Source of the DNA: an uncultured bacterium
Lineage (GTDB): Bacteria > UBP14 > UBA6098 > B30-G16
NCBI GenBank assembly: GCA_965552135.1
Contig: CBEVQY010000021.1
Coordinates: 1 to 50,567 of the forward strand
Length of the DNA: 50,567 bases
Direction of reading: 5' to 3'
This document shows positions 1 to 9,025 of this stretch, piece by piece. Each line of letters starts with the position of its first letter. Within the stretch, counting starts at the first letter, position 1. The position numbers and the translations under genes were made by a program. Below the pieces are notes generated by a model, which saw only the letters and a list, made by a program, of their open reading frames with translations, was not told the DNA's origin and did no database searches.

Positions 1-2
1 CG

Positions 3-1757
3 GTTTCCGCAGGCTCAAACACCATAACGATAACCAACACCGGCGACACCGACCCATCCGATGATCTCACGACCTCCACAAGCTTTTCCGGCGATGTTTC
101 GGGGACGTACAATTCCCTTGACATCAACAGCGGCGTGGTTGGTAACACGGAGATAGCGGACGCCACCGCCTTTGTGAGCGTTCAGAACGCCAGCGGTACG
201 ACTCAATTCACCGTCACCGACGGCAATCGCGGCTTGAGGTTCGCAGGCTCCGGCTATGCGAGCGTTTCGTTTAACTCGTCCACCCACACCGTCACGATAT
301 CCGCCTCAGGCGACGGTCAGGGGATAACCTCGATAAACAGCCAGACCGGACCCTCTGTGAGCATAAACGGCGGAACGGGTATCTCCGTTTCGTCCTCGTC
401 TAACACCATAACTGTGACCAACACGGGTGTCACATCACTCTCCGCGGGCACGGGAATATCGCTTTCCGGCTCGACGGGCTCTGTGACAATTACGAACACC
501 TCACCCAGCGAGTGGACCGACGCAGGAAGCTACCTTTACCCCAAGGATCAGTCGGGAAGCTCGTTTAAAGTCTACGAAAACAACACGTCCACATATCAGC
601 TTTATATTTCCAAGGATTACAGCACCTCCTCGCAGCAGTATGCTCTGTACTTGAACTACAATAACGACACAGGAAGTTCCACGGACCCGTCGTATGCTGT
701 CAAGATATGGGACGGGTCGAATTACAACGGCAGCGACTACAATGCATACGATTTCCGCTCGGTTCTCAACGGCTATTCCTTTTGGGGCAACAACTACTCC
801 GGCGGCGTTGCCGGCTACAGCTGGCACGATTACGAGCGTTCCGCGGGTGTTTTGGGTAGTGGCACAAACAACTCGTATTGGGGCGCTCTTTCGTACAAGA
901 ACTCGGGCGGTTCCACTTACGGCGCCTACTGGACGTCTTCGGGCAGCGGCAGCGGTCTTCTGAGGAGAACCGATGCGGGCAGCGACGACGTCGTCAAAAA
1001 GGGCATCGGCTTTGGGTCCTATGCTGACCTCTTGGGTGGTTGGGTTCGCGGTGAGCTTTATGGGCTGAACGTCAAGGGCGAGAGGTATTCGCTTTACGTA
1101 GACGGTGCAGCCTATTCGAATGAGCCATATCGTGTTCTCGTCGGCGGTGGTAGCGAGCGCGTGACGACGTACACGAACCTTTCCATGCAGCCTGCTCTGA
1201 TGCTTTCGGGCGTCTCTGAGCTCCACGGTGGAAAGGCTAAAATAGATTTCGCCCCAAGCTTTGTCCGCGTTGTCGACAGAAGCGTTCCCCTCGTTATAAC
1301 TGTGACGCCGCAGGGCTCGCCGGCTTGGCTTTACGTCGAAAGCTGGGATTATGACGGCTTTGTGGTCAAGGCGGCGGACGGGAGCGACGATGTTGTGTTC
1401 TCGTGGATGGTTGTTGCCAGACCGCGCGTTGCGGTGACGCCCACGCCCCAGGAGATCGCCTCCGCCGCGTTCGACGACAACATGAACGGCGTTATGTTCA
1501 ACGAGAGCATCCGCGACCGGAGCGCAACGCCCATATGGTGGGATGGCTCGTCCCTCAGGTTCGACCCGATCCCCGTCTCGCCCAATGAGATCGCCGTCCG
1601 GCAGCTGAAGCTCGAGTTCGAAAAGAACCCCGCGAAGTACGACTACGCCACCTGGAGCGCTAAGTTCGAGGAGCTTGGGTACCGTATGCCGATGGGCGAG
1701 CAGGAGTTTAAGGATCACGTCGCTTCCTGGAAGCAGGCTCACGACCTGAACGAGTGA
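3..1757 (+). CDS. Fibre-like surface protein, 5'-truncated: Ser/Thr/Gly-rich tail-fibre-type repeats plus a C-terminal beta domain
   Basis: The frame of ORF 135..1757 is open back to base 3 (VSAGSNTITITNTGDTDPSDDL...). It contains repeats such as GITSINSQTGPSVSINGGTGISVSSSSNTITVTNTGVTSLSAGTGISLSGSTGSVTITNT and a C-terminal GKAKIDFAPSF..VITVTPQG..LYV..DGFVV..FSWMVVA domain. Confidence 0.7.
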   Translation, partial: VSAGSNTITITNTGDTDPSDDLTTSTSFSGDVSGTYNSLDINSGVVGNTEIADATAFVSVQNASGTTQFTVTDGNRGLRFAGSGYASVSFNSSTHTVTISASGDGQGITSINSQTGPSVSINGGTGISVSSSSNTITVTNTGVTSLSAGTGISLSGSTGSVTITNTSPSEWTDAGSYLYPKDQSGSSFKVYENNTSTYQLYISKDYSTSSQQYALYLNYNNDTGSSTDPSYAVKIWDGSNYNGSDYNAYDFRSVLNGYSFWGNNYSGGVAGYSWHDYERSAGVLGSGTNNSYWGALSYKNSGGSTYGAYWTSSGSGSGLLRRTDAGSDDVVKKGIGFGSYADLLGGWVRGELYGLNVKGERYSLYVDGAAYSNEPYRVLVGGGSERVTTYTNLSMQPALMLSGVSELHGGKAKIDFAPSFVRVVDRSVPLVITVTPQGSPAWLYVESWDYDGFVVKAADGSDDVVFSWMVVARPRVAVTPTPQEIASAAFDDNMNGVMFNESIRDRSATPIWWDGSSLRFDPIPVSPNEIAVRQLKLEFEKNPAKYDYATWSAKFEELGYRMPMGEQEFKDHVASWKQAHDLNE

Positions 1758-1779
1758 CGTCCGCGTCGTTCGGTAACTT

Positions 1780-1825
1780 AAGGGCGCCGAAGCGATGACG
1801 TTTTGCCTTGGGCGGCGCCCTTTTT
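1780..1825 (+). terminator. Probable intrinsic terminator between convergent genes
   Basis: AAGGGCGCCG (1780-1789) pairs with CGGCGCCCTT (1813-1822) and is followed by Ts. The loop is long (23 nt). Confidence 0.45.
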
Positions 1826-1864
1826 CTTCGGGGTGCCTCGGCTCCCTTTCTCTTCGTGGGCTTC

Positions 1865-3076
1865 TTATCGGCTCAAGCCTTTGCGCTTCCGAAGGTTTTC
1901 TATGAGCTTTGGGACAACCTCGAAGAGGTCTCCCACGATGCCGTAGTCGGCAACCTTGAAGATGGGTGCGTCTTTGTCCTTGTTTATCGCGACGATCACC
2001 TCCGACGACTGCATGCCGACCACATGCTGCACGGCGCCGGATATGCCCACGGCGATGTAGAGCTTTGGGGATACGGTTTTTCCCGTTTGTCCGACCTGAT
2101 GAGCGTATGGGATCCATCCGGCGTCGACGGCGGCGCGCGATGCACCGACCACGCCGCCCAAAAGCTTTGCAAGCTCAAAGAGCATATCAAAGCCCTTTGG
2201 TCCGCCAACGCCTTTGCCGCCGGCGACTATTACGTCGGCGTCGGCTATGTCGACCGCTGTCTCGAGCTCGTCTGCGCGCTCGAGCGTGCGGGTGCGCCTG
2301 CGGGGAAGATCCAGACGCGATATATCCACATCGATCACGCGCCCGCGGCGGCTCGGATCAGGAGCGAGGGGCTTCATCACCCTCGGTCTTACCGTTGCCA
2401 TCTGCGGGCGGTGGTTTGGACACGTTATCGTCGCCATGATGCTGCCGCCAAAAGCCGGTCTTGTTTGCAGCAAAAGCCCCGTTTCGTCGTCGATGTCGAG
2501 CTCGGTGCAGTCGGCGGTAAGCCCCGTCCGCAGTTTGACGGCGAGTCGGGGCATAACGGACCTCCCCCAGATCGTTGCGCCGCAGAGGACGATCTCGGGC
2601 CTGCGGCTTTGGATGAGCTGGGCGAGGACCGTGGCGAAGACCTCCTCGTCGACCGTGCCGAGCCTCTCGTCGGCGACTATGACTTCGTCTGCGCCGCGCT
2701 TTATATACTCCTCGGCGCAGCCGCGGACGCCGCTTCCTATGAGCACGGCGCAAAGCTTTGTCCTTCGTTTTTGTGCGAGTTTAGCGCCGGCGCCGAGGAG
2801 CTCGAATCCCACGCGGGCGGGGGAGCCGCCCGTGGTTTCGCAGATCACCCAAACGCCCCGCCAGTCGCGCGGCTCGAAGCTGCGGTCTGTGGCTTCTGCG
2901 CGGCTTATGACTATTGCGCCTGTGGGGCATGCGTCAACGCAGGCGCCGCACAAAGCGCAGGAGGCGCCTATGCGGGCAACGCCGCCCTCAACCCTTATTG
3001 CGCCAAAAGGACAGGATGGCACACATTCACCGCAGCCCGTGCAGAGGTGGGCAAGGATTTTTACGCCTGAGGGCAT
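1865..3076 (-). CDS. etfA: Electron transfer flavoprotein alpha subunit with N-terminal 2x[4Fe-4S] ferredoxin domain (CarE/FixB-like)
   Basis: N-terminal CTGCGECVPSCP and CALCGACVDACP motifs. ETF-alpha motifs GLTADCTEL, TRPAFGG, GASRAAVDAGW, QVGQTGKTV, GISGAVQH and AINKDKDAPIF. Confidence 0.93.
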   Translation of the reverse strand: MPSGVKILAHLCTGCGECVPSCPFGAIRVEGGVARIGASCALCGACVDACPTGAIVISRAEATDRSFEPRDWRGVWVICETTGGSPARVGFELLGAGAKLAQKRRTKLCAVLIGSGVRGCAEEYIKRGADEVIVADERLGTVDEEVFATVLAQLIQSRRPEIVLCGATIWGRSVMPRLAVKLRTGLTADCTELDIDDETGLLLQTRPAFGGSIMATITCPNHRPQMATVRPRVMKPLAPDPSRRGRVIDVDISRLDLPRRRTRTLERADELETAVDIADADVIVAGGKGVGGPKGFDMLFELAKLLGGVVGASRAAVDAGWIPYAHQVGQTGKTVSPKLYIAVGISGAVQHVVGMQSSEVIVAINKDKDAPIFKVADYGIVGDLFEVVPKLIENLRKRKGLSR

Positions 3077-3082
3077 GTGGAA

Positions 3083-3352
3083 TCAGCTTTCTTCCTGCTC
3101 CGGCTCGTAGGTGTATTTGAGCTTGCCGTCGAGGTACTCCTGCAGGGCGATCATCGTCGGCTTTTGCTTTTCGATGAGGTGGAGGTTGTACTTTTTCTGC
3201 AGTTCGATTCGCAGCGCGTTTATTTCGCGTGCGCGCTTTGCCAGAAGCTGCACAAGCTCGTACTTGGTGAGGTCGCCAAGCGGCGGCGTAAAGAGCTTGA
3301 GCTTATCCTCAACTGCGCCGTGACGAGCAAAGATATATTTCTTCATCCTCAT
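3083..3352 (-). CDS. rpoZ: RNA polymerase omega subunit (start may be 3346)
   Basis: TKYELVQLLAKRAREIN ... KPTMIALQEYLDGKL matches the omega consensus (KYELV..AAKRARQ...KP..IAL.E...GK), with a Bacteroidota-like middle insert. SD GGAGGGAG upstream. Confidence 0.78.
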   Translation of the reverse strand: MRMKKYIFARHGAVEDKLKLFTPPLGDLTKYELVQLLAKRAREINALRIELQKKYNLHLIEKQKPTMIALQEYLDGKLKYTYEPEQEES

Positions 3353-3374
3353 CTTTCTCCCTCCGGGCGTTGAT

Positions 3375-5210
3375 TTAACCCCTCTGGAAGACGACGTCGG
3401 GGTAGATTCCGATGGCGGAGTACCACTCCTTGAGCTTCTCGATGCGGGTTTGTTTGTCCTGGGGGAGGGTAAGTGGTCTTCCTCTTCCGTCGAAAATTAT
3501 TCCGACGACGCCGCCCCAGACCTTTGTCTCGAGGTCTTTTCCCCTTCCCGCGCCGACGTCGAACCCGCGGTGAACCTTAAGCCTAACTGTGGCGCTCTGG
3601 TCGACGCCGAGCGGGTATAGGAGCATCTCGCCGAAGTGAAGCTCGCCCTTCTCGGACCTGCCGCCGGGATAGATTATCTCGAACTCGAGGATCTTCCTGC
3701 CCTCTTTGTCGAGCCCGACGGGTGCGATGCAGGTGCCAAGCTTTATGAGGCAGTCGCGGTGGAAGACCTGCAGCGCAGCCTGCTTGTGGACCTGTGCGAG
3801 AACGCCGAGGTGAGGCATCATGAATATCGAGTCGACGGCAAGTTGCGTTACCCCCTCCGGCTGGAACGCGTCTATCATCATCATTGCGGCTTGGCTTCGC
3901 CTGGGGGCGTGCGAGAGGACGCCGCCCGAGCCGATTATGAGGTCAAGCGTCATCATGTTGACCAGCGTGTGCGCGATCTCGGCGGATTGGTCGAAGGTGT
4001 CGGAGACGGTTCGCTGCTTCTGCACGCCCTTAAGCTCCGTGGCGAAGGTTTTGTGGTGCATGAAGGCGAGCCTGAGCGCCTCTCGCGCCAAAGCCTGCTC
4101 GAAGACGAGTGTGTCGAGGGTTTGGGGTATCGTCGTCGGTCGGATCATCTTGTTTTTGACCTGGTTTCGCAGGGCGCGCTCGTCCATGTCGAAGGGGATC
4201 CAGCGCATCACGTTCTCAAGACCCGCCTCGGTGAAGACGTTCGATATCGAGTAGCTCATCCCGAGGTTTGCCGAAACGGTTCTGTTGAACTGCGGGACGC
4301 CTTTGCTGTCGCGGAAGACGGAGAAAATGTCGGTTGTGGCTCCGCCGATGTCGACGCCGAGGACCTGAATTCCCTCCTCGTCCGCCACGAGCTTCATCAT
4401 ATCGCCGACGGCGCCCGGGGTTGGGCGTATTGGCGCGTCGGTCCAGCCCATAAGCTTTTTGTACCCCGGAGCCTGCGCCATCACGTGCTCCATAAACAGG
4501 TTGTGGATCGCCTCACGGGCAGGCTCGAGGTTCTCGATGTCAAGCTTCGGGCGCAGGTTGTCGACTATATGCAGGTCGACCTTATCGCCCAAAGCCTTCC
4601 TGACCTCCTCCCGGGCGTCCTTGTTGCCGGCGTATATTACGGGGAGTCTGTATCCGATCCCAAGCCTTGGCTTAGGGTCTGCCGCAGCGATAAGCTCCGC
4701 CATCTGGACCACCTGCTGGATGTTGCCGCCGTCCACGCCGCCGGCAAGGAGTATCATATCGGGTCTGAGGCGCCTTATGCGCTCGATTTGTTCGTATATG
4801 GGTCTTTTGTCGTTTGCGGCGATGACGTCCATAACGATGGCGCCTGCGCCCAGGGCGGCTCGCTCCGCGCTTTCGGCGGTCATCGTGCGGATCAGCCCCA
4901 CCACCATCATCTGCAGACCGCCGCCGGCAGAGGAGGTGGAGACGTAGATATCCGCCCCCGTGTCGCCTTTGCTGGGGCGGATTATCTGCCCGTTCGAGTC
5001 TATGAGCTTGCGCCCCGAAAGCTCCTCGACCTCATTGACCGAGTTCAGGACGCCCATGGTGACGTCCTCGAACGGCGCCTCGACCGTGGTGGGCGCCTCG
5101 CCCCGAACGACAAGCCTGTACTCACCCTCGCGCTTCTCTATAAGAATCGCCTTCGTGGTCGTACTGCCGCAGTCCGTGGCAAGTATGACGTTTATGTCCT
5201 TGTCCGCCAT
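3375..5210 (-). CDS. GlmL/MutL (glutamate mutase accessory)-family ASKHA ATPase, 611 aa
   Basis: ASKHA phosphate motifs TDCGSTTTKA and VDIGGATTDIFS. GlmL-type motifs TSSAGGGL, LLAGGVDGG, IYAGNK, PTPGAV, RTVSANLGMSYS and IIGSGGVLSHAP. Confidence 0.85.
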   Translation of the reverse strand: MADKDINVILATDCGSTTTKAILIEKREGEYRLVVRGEAPTTVEAPFEDVTMGVLNSVNEVEELSGRKLIDSNGQIIRPSKGDTGADIYVSTSSAGGGLQMMVVGLIRTMTAESAERAALGAGAIVMDVIAANDKRPIYEQIERIRRLRPDMILLAGGVDGGNIQQVVQMAELIAAADPKPRLGIGYRLPVIYAGNKDAREEVRKALGDKVDLHIVDNLRPKLDIENLEPAREAIHNLFMEHVMAQAPGYKKLMGWTDAPIRPTPGAVGDMMKLVADEEGIQVLGVDIGGATTDIFSVFRDSKGVPQFNRTVSANLGMSYSISNVFTEAGLENVMRWIPFDMDERALRNQVKNKMIRPTTIPQTLDTLVFEQALAREALRLAFMHHKTFATELKGVQKQRTVSDTFDQSAEIAHTLVNMMTLDLIIGSGGVLSHAPRRSQAAMMMIDAFQPEGVTQLAVDSIFMMPHLGVLAQVHKQAALQVFHRDCLIKLGTCIAPVGLDKEGRKILEFEIIYPGGRSEKGELHFGEMLLYPLGVDQSATVRLKVHRGFDVGAGRGKDLETKVWGGVVGIIFDGRGRPLTLPQDKQTRIEKLKEWYSAIGIYPDVVFQRG

Positions 5211-5244
5211 AACCTCTCCCTTCCTCGTGTGTGGACAAATTTTT

Positions 5245-5272
5245 ATTATACCGCGGCTTTACCTTTTCGCAA
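5245..5272 (-). promoter_or_regulatory. Sigma70-type promoter for the GlmL-like gene, rpoZ and etfA
   Basis: Minus strand TTGCGA (5272-5267), 16-nt spacer, TATAAT (5250-5245), in the AT-rich iorA/glmL gap. SD GGGAGAGG precedes the ATG at 5210. Confidence 0.55.
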
Positions 5273-5279
5273 GGGAAAG

Positions 5280-7073
5280 TTATTTCTCTTTGTCCGCCGG
5301 TCCTATGGCGTCAAACGGGCATGCCTGGGCGCATATGGTGCACCTTTCGCCGACGCAGAGGAGCTCGTCGATTACGGCTTTTTTGCTTTCTTTGTCCTTC
5401 GAGATTGCGGGGCATCCGACGCGCAGGCAAACTCCGCAGCCCGTGCACTTCTCGGGATCGACCGCGAATGGCTTTACCTCGATGCGGCGGATGTCGAGCA
5501 ATATGCAGCGCCCTTCGTTTATTATGACTGCGGGCTCGTCCGTGGATGTGGCATCCCGCAGAGCTTTTTCGATGTCCGTGAGGTCGTATGCGTTGGTGCG
5601 GTAAACGCGCTTTATGCCCAGCGCCTTGGCTATCTTCTCGTAGTCCGCCTTAAACGTTGGTTCTCCGGTGATGGTGAGTCCCGTGCCGGGATGGGGCTGG
5701 TGCCCCGTCATGGCGGTGGTGGAGTTATCGAGTATGCACACGACGGCGCTGCCCTTGTTGTAGGCGATGTTTATGAGCCCTGTCATTCCGCCATGCAGGA
5801 AGGTTGAGTCGCCGATGTAGGCTAACATCTTCTTTCCGAACTCGGTTCCCTGTGCGATGCCGATTCCGTGTGCGACGCCGACCGACGCCCCCATGCAAAG
5901 GCAGGTCTCGCCCTGCTCGAGCGGAGGCACAACGCCGAGGGTGTAGCAGCCTATGTCGGTCGTTCCGTGGAGCTTGAGCTTGCTTGCCACGTAGAAAATC
6001 CCTCTGTGTGGGCATCCGGGGCATAGGACGGGCGGTCGCGGTGGGAGCTGGGAGAGATCCACAACCGGCGCGGCTGGGCGCTCACCCAGGATCACCTCGC
6101 GCAAAATGCCCTGGTTCAGCTCGCCGCAGAGAGGGATCACGTTCTTGCCGACGGCTATTTTATCGCCCAGACCCGCAATGCGCAGCTCCTCCTCGAGGAA
6201 GGGTTCGTTCTCCTCGATAACCCATATCTCGTCCACGCTCTCGGCGAACTTCCTCGCAAGCCTCTCCGGGAAAGGAAAGCTCATCCCAAGCTTGAGGAAG
6301 GACGCCTCCGGAAAAGCCTCCTTCGCGTACATGTACGATATTCCGCTTGTAACTATGCCGACCCTTTTGCCGTTGTGGACGAAGCTCCCTTCCTCGATTC
6401 TGTTTATTGGGGTTGTTTCGGCGTATTCTTTGATTTCCCTGAGGCGTTCCTCGAGTTTTTTGTGCAGCACGCGCGCGTGCGATGGTATTACAACACGCTT
6501 TTTTATGTTCGGCTCGTAGGGCTTTACGGGGACCTCCTGCCGCTCGCCCAGCTCGACGACGGTCTTTGAGTGCGATATCCTCGTCGTCAGCCTGAGCATG
6601 ACGGGGATGTCGAACCTCTCCGAGAGCTCCACGGCAAGCTTGACGAAGTCCTTCGCCTCCTGCGAGTCGGAGGGCTCAAGGAGGATCATCTTCGCGAACT
6701 TGGCGTATCTTCTGTTGTCCTGTTCGTTTTGTGATGAGTGCATTCCGGGGTCGTCGGCGGAGACTATTACAAAGGCACCGTTTACGCCGGTTTCGGAGAG
6801 TGTAAACAGAGGGTCGGCGGCGACGTTTACCCCCACATGCTTCATCGCGGTAAGCGACCTCATGCCTCCGAACGAGGCGCCAATGGCGACCTCAACGGCG
6901 ACCTTTTCGTTGGTCGACCACTGGCACTTTATCACGTCGCTGTAGTGGCGCGCGATGTTTTCGAGTATCTCCGTCGACGGCGTTCCGGGGTAGGCTGCGG
7001 CGAAGTGGATTCCTGCCTCGTAGGCGCCGCGCGCCACAGCCTCGTTGCCCGAAAGGAGAACCCTTTCGCCCAT
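5280..7073 (-). CDS. iorA: Indolepyruvate:ferredoxin oxidoreductase alpha subunit
   Basis: LLSGNEAVARGA, YPGTPSTEI, NEKVAVE, MKHVGVNVAADPL, DDPGMHSSQNEQDNR, RPPVLCPGCPHR, TPP motif GDSTFLHGG..LDN..TAMTGHQ, and C-terminal ferredoxin cysteines. Confidence 0.95.
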   Translation of the reverse strand: MGERVLLSGNEAVARGAYEAGIHFAAAYPGTPSTEILENIARHYSDVIKCQWSTNEKVAVEVAIGASFGGMRSLTAMKHVGVNVAADPLFTLSETGVNGAFVIVSADDPGMHSSQNEQDNRRYAKFAKMILLEPSDSQEAKDFVKLAVELSERFDIPVMLRLTTRISHSKTVVELGERQEVPVKPYEPNIKKRVVIPSHARVLHKKLEERLREIKEYAETTPINRIEEGSFVHNGKRVGIVTSGISYMYAKEAFPEASFLKLGMSFPFPERLARKFAESVDEIWVIEENEPFLEEELRIAGLGDKIAVGKNVIPLCGELNQGILREVILGERPAAPVVDLSQLPPRPPVLCPGCPHRGIFYVASKLKLHGTTDIGCYTLGVVPPLEQGETCLCMGASVGVAHGIGIAQGTEFGKKMLAYIGDSTFLHGGMTGLINIAYNKGSAVVCILDNSTTAMTGHQPHPGTGLTITGEPTFKADYEKIAKALGIKRVYRTNAYDLTDIEKALRDATSTDEPAVIINEGRCILLDIRRIEVKPFAVDPEKCTGCGVCLRVGCPAISKDKESKKAVIDELLCVGERCTICAQACPFDAIGPADKEK

Positions 7074-7085
7074 CTTCGCTCCTTT

Positions 7086-8261
7086 CTATTTTTCGGATGC
7101 TATTTGCGTTATCGCTTCGGCAGCGCGCTTTGCGTCGTCTTCGGTGTTTAGTGCGCCGAATGAGAAGCGCACGGTGCCCTCGGGCGCGCCGAGGTCCTCG
7201 TGGATGTGTGGTGCGCAGTGCAGCCCCGCGCGAACGGCTATGCGGTAGCGCTCCCAGAGCTTTTGCGCCACTGCCTTCGGCTCTTGACCATCGACAACGA
7301 CGGGGATTATCGCGGTTCTGTCGATGTCGTCCTGGGGTCCGAAGAGTCGGATTCCGTCGGCGCCGCGCAGCGAAGCAAGCATTGTACGTAAAAGCCTCTG
7401 CTTGTGCTGATGGATCTTTTCTACGCCGCGCTGCAGGACCCAGTTTGCGCCGGCGCCGAGGGCTACTATCCCCGGCGTGTTGGGCGTGCCGGCCTCGTAC
7501 CCGTCGGGAAAGACCTTTGGCATATCGGGCAGGCGCGATTGTCCTCCCGTGCCGCCCCACAAAAGCGGGGCAAGCTCGACCACCCTTTCGCCAACGTAAA
7601 GCCCACCGGTTCCGGGCACGCCGTAGAGTGACTTGTGCCCCGTGAAGGCGAGCATGTCGATGCAGTCCTCGACGACGTTCACCGGATATGTCCCCACAAG
7701 CTGCGCGCCGTCGACGAGGTAGATGAGATCTCTTTCGCGGCAGAACTCGCCTATCTGCCAAAACGGCACGACAACGCCCGTGACGTTGGATATGCCCGTC
7801 GTGACCACCAGCCTCACGCCGTCCTTCTGGGCGAGTTCGAAGAGGTGCTCGAGGTTGAGTCGACCGTCGCGCTGAAGCTCTGCCCAGAGAATCTCTATCG
7901 TCCCGCGCCTTTCAAGCTCAAGCAGGGGGCGTATCACGGCGTTGTGCTCCATCCGTGTGGTCACCACCTTCCAGCCGGGCTTGACGACGCCGAAGATGGC
8001 AAGGTTCAGCGCTTCGGTGGCGTTTTTGGTGAATATTACTCTTTCGGGCTTTGGCGCGCCTATGATTTTGGCGATCGCCCTCCTCGTTTCGAAGAGCAGC
8101 CGCCCTGCTTCGAGCGCTGCGCCGTAGATGCCCCTCGATGGGCTTGCGCCAACGCGCCGAAGGTAGTCGACGTATGCCTCCAAGACCTCCGGCGGCTTTG
8201 GGAAGGTCGTTGCGGCGTTGTCGAGGTAGAGGGCGTTGTCCGTCCAAATCTCGCGGCTCAT
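7086..8261 (-). CDS. Cysteine desulfurase-family (class V PLP) enzyme, group II-like
   Basis: YLDNAATTFPKP, FTKNATEALN, EHNAV, DGAQ, FTGHKSLYG (PLP Lys), EAGTPN and RAGLHCAP (catalytic Cys). Confidence 0.9.
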   Translation of the reverse strand: MSREIWTDNALYLDNAATTFPKPPEVLEAYVDYLRRVGASPSRGIYGAALEAGRLLFETRRAIAKIIGAPKPERVIFTKNATEALNLAIFGVVKPGWKVVTTRMEHNAVIRPLLELERRGTIEILWAELQRDGRLNLEHLFELAQKDGVRLVVTTGISNVTGVVVPFWQIGEFCRERDLIYLVDGAQLVGTYPVNVVEDCIDMLAFTGHKSLYGVPGTGGLYVGERVVELAPLLWGGTGGQSRLPDMPKVFPDGYEAGTPNTPGIVALGAGANWVLQRGVEKIHQHKQRLLRTMLASLRGADGIRLFGPQDDIDRTAIIPVVVDGQEPKAVAQKLWERYRIAVRAGLHCAPHIHEDLGAPEGTVRFSFGALNTEDDAKRAAEAITQIASEK

Positions 8262-9022
8262 CGCTGCTCCCCGGCTTGCGTTTCGACCCCGCCAAAGGGC
8301 GGAGGGATAAGCTTTATGTCGGAGAAGTAGAGCCTGAAGACAGTTTCGATCTCGAATCCGCAGACGCCGCCTTTGGTCCTAAGCGTGACGGAGTAGGGGA
8401 AGTCGCCCGCGCCTGTGTCGCGGAACCTCCATTCGGCAGTGGTCTCGACTCCGCTTCGCCTGATGCTGTGCTCGGCTCGCAGTATGGTGTGCTTATCGCC
8501 ATCGACGAAGAAGTATCCGGAAAACGGGAACTCTTCGGAGTTTTCGTCGGGGTTGGGGCGAACCGATACCTTCAGGCAGCGCCGCTTTCGGATGTACGCG
8601 GGCTTTTTGTAGGGCTTCAGCAAATATCCTGCGAAGCGCTGTGCCGCCATCCGAAAGGGGTAGACCGCGGTTTCGCCGACGCGGGCAAGAAGCTCCTTCG
8701 AAACGATCCCTGCGGCTGAGTCCGGCAGGTGCACAAACCTGCCCCCGACGATTGCCGATGCGCCAGCCACCCTTACCGAGTCGAGCCGCCAGAGCTTTCT
8801 CTCATCGAGGGAGAAGAAGAAGTTAGCGCGCGCTGCGAGCATGGTATCGTTTGGGGCGACGTAGAGCGCGCCCTCGGCGGAAAGGACAGCCCCTGGGGGG
8901 AGGGAGAAGTTCAGGCGCTGCAGGAGGATGCGCTCCGCCTCCTGCGGCGATACATCAAATCCCCTCTGGCTGCAGAAAGCCAGCGCGAAAAGAGCATATG
9001 CGAAAAGCTGGGTCTTGGGCAT
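8258..9022 (-). CDS. Hypothetical exported protein, possible lipoprotein
   Basis: N-terminal hydrophobic stretch ending LAFC (lipobox-like). It overlaps the downstream gene by 4 nt and starts 3 nt after the upstream stop. Confidence 0.6.
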   Translation of the reverse strand: MPKTQLFAYALFALAFCSQRGFDVSPQEAERILLQRLNFSLPPGAVLSAEGALYVAPNDTMLAARANFFFSLDERKLWRLDSVRVAGASAIVGGRFVHLPDSAAGIVSKELLARVGETAVYPFRMAAQRFAGYLLKPYKKPAYIRKRRCLKVSVRPNPDENSEEFPFSGYFFVDGDKHTILRAEHSIRRSGVETTAEWRFRDTGAGDFPYSVTLRTKGGVCGFEIETVFRLYFSDIKLIPPPFGGVETQAGEQR

Positions 9023-9025
9023 AGC

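Noticed and set aside
3375..5210. Calling this DNA mismatch-repair MutL or inferring glutamate mutase activity
   Set aside because: The motifs are ASKHA-type, not GHKL, and no mutase subunit genes are in the window.
3636..5807. Long antisense ORFs (723 aa here; also 38400..41132, 26286..27791, 501..2117)
   Set aside because: They lie opposite well-supported genes and have no motifs, which is typical of shadow ORFs in GC-rich DNA.
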